Part shown: in pieces, positions 27,001 through 37,932 of the stretch
Position numbering within the stretch: position 1 is the stretch's first letter
Layout: the number at the start of each line of letters is the position of its first letter
Assembly: GCA_000934665.2 (NCBI GenBank)
Contig: JYFJ02002106.1
Coordinates: 1-63,047, forward strand
Reading direction: 5' to 3'
DNA length: 63,047 bases
Source: Catajapyx aquilonaris
Lineage: Eukaryota
Notes under the pieces: model-generated
Told to the model about the DNA's origin: nothing
The model's input: only the letters and a program-made list of their open reading frames with translations
The model's database searches: none
Translations under genes and position numbers: made by a program

Positions 27001-30000
27001 CGAGACTTGACTGACCCATCAGGCAAAATTTCGACGTGAACTTCCGGATAATGTGAAGAGAACAATCGCCTTGAACTCTGAACTGTGCACCACCCAAAGA
27101 AATATGGTATAATAACCACTGGTCAAAATTTTGAGCGCAAAAAAAGGCGTTTGGGTTAACTGTCCATTTCCTCTCCTTATCTCTCTTAATTACTTTCGGT
27201 CGGCGCAGATAAAGTATAAAGGCTGCATAGAAATATACAGTTCGTGCATCGCCTGTAGCGTGCGCGACACTTTCCATTATCCTATATTTTCTTTTGATCT
27301 TGCTTTCAAAATTGTAAACCCACAGCATGCAACCGTTTCATATAATAAAGTGGGATTTACACGGTGTTTGAAACATTTAGAGAGCACTACAGATGAGTGT
27401 CAACTTCTACCCTCGCTGACAACATTCTTCAATTAGCTATACGATATCTTTACACAGCCGGTTGGCAATCATGCCAAATAGCTACTACCCGCTGATGCAC
27501 TAACAACAAAAAACCCCATTTTCATTTTTAAAAAAGCACAGGAAGCTGATGGACCCAAGTGATTCACCATGCAGAAGATGCCACACTTGATGACCTTAAT
27601 CACCCCATTGAAAGCTTGAGGACCAGGGCCATTTTCAAATTGAACTACTCCCTTGTTCCTTGGAAAACAACAAGGACGAGAGAGTATCCCCGCCCCATAA
27701 CTTCACGCCCATTACCACATCACCATTAATTGTAGGCGCCTCCGTGTAATGGCACCTCACTTAAGCAACACGAGGGTACAGCGCATTGTTGGTAGAAGGC
27801 TGTCGGAAATCAATGGAGATAAATGGGCCGTTGCGGTTTCCATTGGCTCGACGCTATTGTACAGGTAGGCGGCACAGCGTAAAAGGTCTATTGACAAACA
27901 GACATTGGTACGTGCGCAATTCGCCAGCATCAAGAGTCAATCCGGTCACGCTTAACTCCCAAGAGAAATTCTTTTGTCGCAGGCAAAGCTAGAATAATGT
28001 TTGGTTTTCTCGCCATCAGTTATTAATGAAAAAGGCCTTCCACTTCCCACTCTAAGGTCACTTTTCCCCCCCCTTCAAACTTTTTTCTGTACTCGGCACC
28101 CTCCGACCTTCCACCTTGCATATATGCACGCTTCTCACGCCATGAGGATCGATCTCTTCGCAGAATTCTTTGAATGCCAAAGGCAAACCCTCCTTATATC
28201 CGTGACACAAATGCTGCGGCCCTTATTCAGTCACATAAGTCGTAAAAAGCTTCCAAGTTATACGATTTACGCTTTAAACTATCGGATAAAATGTCTTTTA
28301 AGTGCCTGAAACATTACAAAAGGCACCAAAAAGTGTTAATATTTCAAAAATGGCTGCTGATTTTCTAAATGCGATTGGGTGCAAACACTGCTGCATAATA
28401 TTGACATTCAGAGTTCCGCACCGGGGGAATGTTGCGGATTATTTCAATGCTAATGACAGCTTACTTCCCCCTCTCCAATTGAAAACTGCATACTCTCACA
28501 ATATGGCTGCAAAATCGCCGACCTTCACTGTGGTAAATGCATGAAAACCAGGTAATCAACTCGGCACGCTTCCATTTTAATATCCCAGATTAGCAAGACT
28601 CCAGTACATGGCATATATGCAGCAACGTTTCATTTCACAAAATTGAAACTGTACTATTTCATTACAGTACTGTAATCGCTAAAATAGCAACACACTCGAT
28701 TCGAAAATATGTATATTCAATTTGAGCAATCTGCTACAATAATTATCAGGTGACGAAAAAATAGTTAAAAGCACTGGAACTAATTTAAACAGTACAAACA
28801 GGTCAGTGGCATCACACACTAAAAATATACCAAAGTTATGAATCACACTGACGTGTTTACATCCAGACCGACTCAAAAACCCCCATGTTAAACCCATTTT
28901 CCTCAAAACTTTTAGAGCCAAGTTTTTCCTCTGACTCAGCCAATAACTACTAGACTTTAGGTAAGAAACATACCGCAGGCGCTCCAGGGTACAATAAGAA
29001 GTCCAAATCGCGATTTACTGCCGAAATGTCTCGTGAATTATTGTTGGCCACACACAGTAGCAACGGCCCCACCTTTTTTTTTTCTTTCAAATCCCAATAA
29101 TTAACTCTGGCTGCGCCTATACATTTATATCCACCCGAGAATCGTACATCAACATGACTTTTAGCTAACGTCTCCTGGCCTGTCGATTTATGCCAGAAGT
29201 TGCTTCGTTATGGTGGGCCATGATATGTCAAATTTTTCGAGCCTGTCAGACTATACCATGGAGAAAAAAAGTTTGGCACGTCTGAATAGACGACGGCCAC
29301 ACTATGTCGCCCATTGTAAAAAATTTAGCGCGGTGGAAAATGACGTGACTGACGTGAAAAAAAAAAAAATGGTCCAAGGAAACCCGTCAATTCGCCGCAT
29401 TTCCTGACGCCACGGCACCTTTTATTTATAGTCTTCACCGTTAGAACGATGCTATAGCCGCACTTGAAAACCTGATACCGACTATAGATAGCAAAAAAAT
29501 CTCAAGTGGAAGTGATATGGAAAAAACAATCAATTCGGTCTCCCTTAGAAGCCATCTCTGGTTACATGCAGAGTGAAGAAGCGCTCTAGATTACATTGCC
29601 GTTGACAATCCACTTGAAGCAGTCAACGGCCACGATATGAAATCTATAAGTGCAAATACATATGTCTACTACCGTTCCTTAATGTAAATAAGAAGACACA
29701 ACGAGATACACACATAATAATTAACATTCAGTGTAATTTCAGTTGGGTAGGAAATTAGTATAGATGGCGTAGGCTGCTTATAGGTGGGACAAATAACCGA
29801 CGGACAGAATAAGCGGATTAGAAAGATTTTCTTTTAAAACTGCAATACTTGTAGCTTATATGCTGCACCCTATTTCGATTTTGGCTTCTCAACAGCGTCT
29901 GGAAGAAAAGAGGGCAAATCCCCTTCCTGGCATAAAGCAAGGGGAAAAAGATAGCCCCCCTCGGTGGGATTAAGGAGGGGATTCTCACCCTTCTGATATA

Positions 30001-31349
30001 CACGGCTATCGATTCGCCCCCCTTCATAATGCTACCATTTCCAGGATACCATTGAGCCTCCTCCGGATCAAAACTCTGGCAATTTGGTCCGATTCCAGCT
30101 TGCCATCCGAGCTGGGGGTGGCAATCATCAAAGGGGCTGGTGGCATGAATTTTCAATAGCCATTTTCTCCCTCTATTGTGCAAATTTTACGCCAAGGAGG
30201 CGTACATTCAGGCGGCGACGGGGGAAATGAACGGCAAGTGTTTTCTGGGACATGCTGACCTGCTACTCAACAGGAACACGTGGGGAATGCAAATCCTAAT
30301 TTTGGAGGCCCAAGGTGTCTATTTGCAGATCCCCTAGTATTTTCCCTTTTGCTTGCCAGAATATCCAGCAGCGCCAGGAAGGGCTGGGTCAAATGGGGTG
30401 TGTTCGCTACATGGAAGGAACAGTACCGTGGGAAACGGGGCTGTAAACTTTGCGGGTTACAGCACTTTCTTCGGTCGCCTGCATCACGTCTCTCTGCGGC
30501 ATCTGCACTGTACTGCATACAGTGTGTTTTTCCAACTCGACTGATTTATTAAGTGGGCGAAATTGTTTTTGGCACTTCTGCAAATGTGTTGTTTTCCAAT
30601 ATTAGACTGGATGTGAGCATCGGTTGGGGAGGCATCGGCTCAAGATATTGCTGGGATTGACCCACTTGAAAGCAATTGGCATCCGAGGTCGCAAATTGGG
30701 GGACTGACACTTCCAGCCAATGGAACTTTGGCAGGTCCAAGAGTACAACCAAAAAAAAATATGCTAGGAATGAGCCCCAAGTCTGGGTTCGAGACATTAA
30801 GCAGTTGCGACTTTTAAAATATCCCTCTGCTAAAATTTCTATTCAGATGAACTTCATCTGTTGTCACATGAGTGTACGGTATATCATGGGATTCTTTGAT
30901 AGCCACAGAATTCCATCTTGGTATTTGCATTTTCCATGATATTATACTGATGGAGCTGTCAACAAAGTTCCATCAGCAAGTTTGCTCAAAAAATTGGTGC
31001 TTCAACCTGATATATTAGGAAGTTAACAATTTCCAGCCACTGCTTGGTATACATCCTATGCACTATACCAAGTCACTTGTGAGCCGCCATACGTCCTGCT
31101 CACTCATTACCAAACCAGCAGGCCAGCTCACCAGCTGTTACGTATATTGATGCACGATTGCCCCAATGATTCATCCATTAATGCAGCGTGCACTTCCTTC
31201 TCCCAGGCTACATCACCGCAAAGGCATGCCTCTTTGACAAGGTATGTCCCCACAAAAAATTCAACAAACATTCCATCTTACAAACCACACGCAGATTTTG
31301 GTACGTATAATTTTATTCCAATTAAAGAAATATTTCAAGGATTGACACT

Positions 31350-31950
31350 ATTAATCAGCTATATTAGTTGAGTGTCACTGGTCTATTTTAACTTTTTAAG
31401 CAGCTACATACTATTTTCGTAGCCAGCCTATTGTCACTGACATTACGCTGTGAAATTCAACGATTGTCACTAATCAGCTACATCAGTTGAGCGTAGCTAG
31501 GTTATTTAAGCAGCTATATCAGTTGAGAGTAAGGTATTTTAAGCTGCTATATTAAGTTATTTTCGTAGCCATCCTATCTATTGTTACTGACATTAAGCTG
31601 CGAAATTCAATGATTGTCACTAATCAGCTACATTAGTTGGCAATTTTAAGGAGCTACATTACGCAGCTACAATAGTTGAGTGTGATTAGGCAATTTTAAG
31701 CAGCTATATTAAGTTATTTTCGAAGCCATCCTATTGTCGCTGATATTCTTCTTCACGACATATTTCTCTATATAAAGAGGTAGTCCCAGAATAACGAGGA
31801 GATCGTCGCTGATATTAAAGCTGTGAAATTCAATGATTGTCACCAATAAGCTGCGATATATGCATTAGTTGAGTGTGACTGTTAATCTGCTATATTATAT
31901 TTGATTTTTTTCGTAGCCATCCTAATATTGTCGCTGATATTAAGCCGTGA
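31350..31950. repeat. Degenerate tandem repeat, about 4 copies of a 120-240 bp unit
   Basis: Recurrent blocks ttttcgtagccatcctattgtc.ctga.att and gaaattcaatgattgtcactaatcagctac.ttagttg. Confidence 0.8.
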
Positions 31951-32339
31951 ATTTGAATGTATCTGATACGTCTGTGTATTGCCTCTAGAACAGAACGTCT
32001 CTCGAACCACTTTTAAGTGTCAGTCAAGTACCGGTGCACTCCAGCAGCTTCTTTTTTGTCCTACTTTACCATCTGGGGCCCCCCCTCCTCCAGTCCTCTT
32101 TATTTTAACCCCACCCAATAAAAGGGCCCCCTCCAACTCTCCATATCCTGTGGGTTGTACTTACTTGTGTAAATGTCGGTCGGTGGGTGACGTCAATAAG
32201 GAACGACGGTCGACGGGCGTAGGTTGTCGGAGAGAGAGACCAGCAGCAACCCACACTCTCGAACACTCTCAGGTCGTCTGAAGTTCCACTGTTCCCAACA
32301 GAAGACGAAGAAAAAAAAAAATGGGGTTGGCTAGATTGG

Positions 32340-32512
32340 TTTCTCTCCCAAATACGCGGTGTTGCCAATACGCACCCACAAATTTGGCAACGCAGCAGGA
32401 AATCAAGATGGCGTCAAATACTGTGGCGTGATTTCTTCACCCGTTTTGTGTGTGTGGCTCTTTTTGTGCCTTTTCATAACTATTTGTTGGAAATGATTCT
32501 GTGAATCGGGAG
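32340..32512. promoter_or_regulatory. Tim8(-PEX3) promoter, probably divergent with the DCLK 5' UTR exon
   Basis: Inverted GTTGCCAA/TTGGCAACG pair (32361-32392), YY1-type AAGATGGCG (about 32405), and a minus-strand donor CAA|GTAAGT at 32165. Confidence 0.5.
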
Positions 32513-33453
32513 ATGGATTCTGGATCGTCCCGACCGGACCCCCAGCTCCAGCACTTCATTGAGGTTCAGGCGCAGAGGCAAAAGTTCAACGTAAGCATCA
32601 GCATGCTGGGCTGGGGCGGGTCAATGTAACTGTTGGCCAGCCTGTAAAAAGGAACACGAAAAATTTGGGGAGTCAGGACTTAAAATTTTGCAGTAATAAT
32701 ACAATAACACTCTCCTACCAATGGTTATATCATAGCAACAGCTATTCAGATATGAAATACTCATGTCACGGTAATAATTAATAACATTATTTATGTATTA
32801 TTAGCTACCATTAACTATTATTTGACAGTTTATAGATTAATAGCTAATAATCAATAATAGCCAATAATTAATAACTTAATAATTAATAATAGCCAATAAT
32901 TAATAACTGTTAACGATTAATAGCTGTTAACAATTAATAGCTAATAATCAATAATAGCTAATAATTAATAAATTAATAATTAATAAATTAATAATTAATA
33001 ATAGCTAATAATTAATAACTTAATAATTAATAATAGCCAATAATTAATAACTGTTAACGATTAATAACTGTTAACAATTAATAGCTAATAATCAATAATA
33101 GCTAATAATTAATAAATTAATAATTAATAATTAATAATAGCTAATAATTAATAACTGTTAACAATTAATAATAGCTAATAATTAATAACTGTTAATAAGT
33201 TATTCACTAACTATATTAGGGAAATGTGTCGTGATGATGACGACAACTTTCGTTGCAGGTCCTGGTGCATACCCTGACTGACCAGTGTTGGGATCTGTGT
33301 ATGGACAAGCCAGGCAACCGGCTGGACACGAAGACGGAGAATTGTCTGTCGAACTGTGTGCAGCGGTTCATCGATACGACCAACTTTGTGGTGAATCGAT
33401 TGGAGAAGACGTCCCAAGTGTCGGCCTCGTCCGATTCCGAGTTTTCCGATTAA
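32513..33453 (+). CDS. TIMM8: Mitochondrial small Tim chaperone Tim8; exons 32513-32590 and 33259-33453
   Basis: DPQLQHFIEVQAQRQKFN|VLVHTLTDQCWDLC...CLSNCVQRFIDTT: twin CX3C motif and Tim8 signature. Confidence 0.95.
32800..33200. repeat. AT-rich minisatellite in the Tim8 intron
   Basis: Repeated aataattaataa(tagc/ctgtt) units with a higher-order duplication of about 150 bp. Confidence 0.9.
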
Positions 33454-33454
33454 G

Positions 33455-34720
33455 ATGTTTGCCAGGGTTAAGGGGTTCGTTTCGCGGCACTGGCGCAAGG
33501 TGGCCATTGCTGGTGTGGCTGTCGAAGGCGCTTACTTGCTGCTGAGATATGCGGAGAGGAGGTTGCAGGAGGAAAACCTGAAGAGGGTTAAGGCGACTTT
33601 GGAGAACGGCAGACGCACCCAGCACTATGAGAGTACTGAGCGGACTTGCGGGACTGCCATCACGTCGCTCTTTCCCGCCATGAAGGATCAGATTAACAAG
33701 ACCCTTGATTGCGACTCATTGACAACACTCTTGAGGAACAAAGCACCAAATAAGGTACGAGGGAATTTAATCAATATGAATGTGAAGCATATTTTGACGA
33801 ATTGGCATTATTTTATTCAGATTGAGTTGTGGGAAGAGCTGAAGATTCTTGCATTTTCCCGTGCCACGGCCTTGGTCTACTGTGGCGCCATGCTGACCAC
33901 CCTCCTGCGAGCCCAACTGAGCATCATCAGCGGTACAATGTATCGCACGACAGTCCTGAACTCCAAGAAGGACCAGACCGAATGCACCAAAGATATACAG
34001 AGGGCATACCTGTCATCCTGCCAACACTTCTTCAGCAATGGGATAGTCGAAGTTTGCAAACTAATCGAGACTGAAGTCGTTCAAGCTGTCGGTTCCATTC
34101 CACTGAAGCAGTATCTAACTCTTCAGGATTTGGAGCAAGTGTTTTGGGGGATCCAGACTAGGATGAACCACGTGGCGCAAGAATCCAGTCCGATACATGC
34201 TGCATCCAAATATTTAATTGGAGATTTGGCCGATTCCGAAGAGGATGACTTGATCCTGAACACTGTTGATGTGTTAGAAAGTGAGGAGACGAAGGGACTG
34301 CTGCAGTCAACCGTAAGCCGTGGAATCAACCACCTCATGGACATAATGGCCGATTATTTTGCCAATGCAGCTAAAACAATCCCACCAGTTCCAGCAAATG
34401 TTACGGTCGCTACAATCGAGTCACCTGGGCAAACGAAGGAAGAACTCAACTCAACTGAAACCTCGCCAAAGTCGTTGCACGCTGGCACAAACACAGTCGA
34501 CAACATGTGGGTTAACATCGTGCATAAGGATGGGTCAGCATTGGGAAGAGATGGATTTGTTAATCCGAATCATGTGTCAGTACCACTTGCAAAGTTGATT
34601 CCACAGGTTAGTGGGTTGCTTCACACTGGAAGCAACTCCTGGATGAATCACCTGGTTATAATGGAAAGTTTGAAAGTTTTTGGAGCCAACATTTACGAGG
34701 CTTTCATTCAGGAGGAGTAG
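33455..34720 (+). CDS. PEX3: Peroxisomal biogenesis factor 3; one 66-nt intron at 33755-33820
   Basis: FVSRHWRKVAIAGV N-terminal membrane-targeting signal; QHYESTERTC; NK|IELWEELKILAFSR; VPLAKLIP; FGANIYEAF. Confidence 0.95.
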   Translation: MFARVKGFVSRHWRKVAIAGVAVEGAYLLLRYAERRLQEENLKRVKATLENGRRTQHYESTERTCGTAITSLFPAMKDQINKTLDCDSLTTLLRNKAPNKVRGNLINMNVKHILTNWHYFIQIELWEELKILAFSRATALVYCGAMLTTLLRAQLSIISGTMYRTTVLNSKKDQTECTKDIQRAYLSSCQHFFSNGIVEVCKLIETEVVQAVGSIPLKQYLTLQDLEQVFWGIQTRMNHVAQESSPIHAASKYLIGDLADSEEDDLILNTVDVLESEETKGLLQSTVSRGINHLMDIMADYFANAAKTIPPVPANVTVATIESPGQTKEELNSTETSPKSLHAGTNTVDNMWVNIVHKDGSALGRDGFVNPNHVSVPLAKLIPQVSGLLHTGSNSWMNHLVIMESLKVFGANIYEAFIQEE

Positions 34721-35504
34721 AAAAATGGGAGTTAGTGAACATTGTGGGAGAATTTTTTTTACTCGCAAGTCAGTAGGATGGAAATAAAAATGGTGAAGGA
34801 GAATATTAAGCTTTAAATTAATTTTTGATAAGGTTCACGGGAATGGTTTTCTCCCCATCTTGTCTCTCTTCCAAGTTTTATTCAACGTAGTATTCAGACG
34901 TGCCAATCTGATTGGCTTATGGAATTTATGCATACTGAAAATAATTCCTCGAAATGCAGGCACTTACATAGGTTCAGTTAATGTCCAGTTAATTGTATCT
35001 ACAAACCTATGTTAATATTATAACAAATAGCACATTTTTCTCTCCACATTTTGCAAGTAGGCCACAAGGACCTTATAAGTGAACTGCACTGATGGAATCA
35101 TGATATTTGCGTACAGGCATTGAATATATGGACGTGCCTTGGGTGAGCGGCTACACAAGCAGTTTTACCCCCACCCATTCCAAGTCTATGTACAACATAT
35201 TAACATGAAATGTATTATGCGGCTGAGCCGTCGGTGGTATACCATTGCTGTAACCGATGTCAATAAATTAAATGTACTATTCATGCCCCATAATAATTAA
35301 CATCTGTTGTCAGATTATATTCCCTAATTCCCTAATCAGGAGCTCAGAACTAATTTCCAAATGCTTATGACAAGGCTCTTCTGTCTCTCAGGAAATGTCT
35401 CGACCTGAGGTTACTCAACCCTGCAATTTTCAGTAGTTACATACGTATATAGGCCAAATACTGTACAGTACCTTGTATGAACACAAACTTAGGAACAATA
35501 ATTA

Positions 35505-35631
35505 TGGCCGGTTTCACCAAGCCCGGTTTTCATAAAAAACCCAGTTCTTTCGGAAAATCCCTGCAAATAGAATGGGGATTTTCCGAAAGAATCGGGGTTT
35601 TTATGAAAACCGGGCTTGGTGAAACCGGCCA
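35505..35631. mobile_element. PIF/Harbinger (Tourist-like) hairpin MITE
   Basis: Near-perfect 127-bp palindrome TGGCCGGTTTCACCAAGCCCGG...CCGGGCTTGGTGAAACCGGCCA, flanked by TTA on both sides (35502-35504 and 35632-35634). Confidence 0.85.
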
Positions 35632-37932
35632 TTAATGGCTATTCACAATACGAGGGTCAGTTTCATGTTACGTTTGGAATTAAAAACTGGGAAGCGTTTG
35701 CTATACTCACTGTGTTGCTGACGTCTCCTCTTCACTGTATAATTAGGTGCACGTTTGAAATCATTGTCCTTTACAACTGTAGGCTGCAGATTCGATATCA
35801 TTCGTAGTCAACTATTCACCCTGTGGGAAATGGTAAACAAGAGTTATATCCCAATGCAACTAGCAATGACGTCAGTATAACATGTCTTCGAGGATTGTGG
35901 CACATCAAATGTGTTTATTTTTCCATACGACATCTTATTTACAATGTCTTCCGGTGTAAATAAGTATACATTCGCCACCGATTTCATCTTAACTGCTAGG
36001 AGGCAATTTCAGCACGGATATTCAAACAACTTGGTTGGCATTGTGTTAACTATATTACTACAGTGCAAAAGTGGCAAACATAAAGAGAAATAAAGAGGGA
36101 GGAAAAAACAAAAAAAATACTTGCTGGTGACTAGAATTCCCAACACACTTCGAAGGTTACATAAAACTGGCACCTTTTCAAATACAGCCTATATTGATGT
36201 TGAGTCACCACTCGTGTAATGTGACTTATTTTATAATAATCAATTATTATGCGATTCAAGTTTAACCAAAAAGCCACTGGGGTAAATAATACATTTTTCA
36301 GGGCATTCGGACACACGAACTGGCCTCATCAATACCAATAACAATTGTTGCAATTATTTCTGGTACGAATTCCTTTTCCTAGCAAAAATAAGTACAGTCG
36401 CAACTGCCGAAAAATAGTCGGAATGTGACGTTTAAATGGACGAAATTAATTCTGTAAGTTTTAATTATGTGGTTGCATGCACAATAAATTTTGTTAAAAA
36501 ACAGTGCTGCAATGCAAGTTACGCTTGATGAATCTGAAAGTCAGGAACTAGTCCTTTGTACTCGGTTCATCCAAATAATCATAATAAAAAGTGACGGATT
36601 CCAATCAAGTCATCGTTGCTAAGTGACATCACAAGGGGGGGGGGATTTCTCTGCTAAACATAATCACAGCTAGTGTAATGGAACTTTAGACTCTACAGAA
36701 AACGAAGGATAAATGGCCATCATTTTAGTTTGGAATTGCAAGTTAAATTAGCAGCATTGTGTGGATTCCTTCGCATACGAATTGACAGGTGATCCTTCAC
36801 TCGTGCCTAAGGCAGTTTCTAAAATTAATTAATGTTCCACAAACAACTCTTCGTACTTACATGAAGGAATATTGCATGTCTACAATATGTAGGCATTCAT
36901 TTAATCGATACTCAAATTTGATATACAAATCGAGGAACATTATATCGCCTGCTTCATAACATTTCTGGCGGGGCAGGGGATCATAATGAAACGGTGAATT
37001 GCTAATTTCATATCAAGTTGGCAAAAAGGTGAGCTTGCCTTTTTTTTTCTCTTCAAAAAGGTGTAATTAAGTAATTACTCAAAGCACCGAATGTGCTGGT
37101 TATAACCAATAGCACTTCTGAGATATGTCACATAAGTCGATGTGAGATTTTTGCATGCCAAAAAATGTTTTATGTGAAATTGGCTTAATGAAATTGTCAA
37201 ATAATTTACTAATTCACACCACTTGTGCAGATGTGACGGAATGTAAAAAAAATTCCTTCATTCACATGTGTTTATTAGGTTTTCCCTGTTCATTCCTTCA
37301 TTCGCTTATCTTATACCCGAAGGGCTTCTTTCTTGAGATAAAATCGACACTTCCACTCGTCATACGATTCAGACCAGCCAGTGTTGCTTACATTTACAAC
37401 TCCTCATTAGCTGACGTTACATCTCAATCCAGGTCTTCAACTATGTAACACCATTCTACCTTTTGAAGGCATTTTATGCTTGAGTCAAGGAACAGCCAAA
37501 ACTCGTGGGGGTTTTTCTTATCCATTGTTACCCGCAGATATTCCTGCGACCTAACGACTAACATGTTAAAAATTCCTCTACTTAACACTTAAACAAAGGA
37601 ATTGATAACTTCCTCGAAACCAAAATGCCAGCCACTCAGCCCACCGTTTTCTCAGTGCATGTAGAATTCACCTCCACACACACTAAACATGACAAGTGTC
37701 GTGAAAACACACGGAAAAAAAAAAATTAATGCTGCTGGTTTTCTTATGCATGCATCATATTATATCTTCGGTATAAACTCTTAAGCCCCTTTCCCTCCAT
37801 TTAAAAAAAATTATCTTAATAGCATTACAATTTTTTTTGAATGCAAGTGGTAGTTGGTGTTACTTGTGTAATATTATCCCTTTTTTTTGGGCGTCATATC
37901 TCTTTGTGCCACTAAGACTCGGGGGGTAACTT

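Noticed and set aside
24172..31371. Numerous 60-140 aa ORFs
   Set aside because: No recognisable domains or exon chain; consistent with chance ORFs in non-coding DNA.
33451..33457. Stop-codon read-through fusion of Tim8 and PEX3
   Set aside because: PEX3 is in the +1 frame, so read-through alone cannot fuse them.
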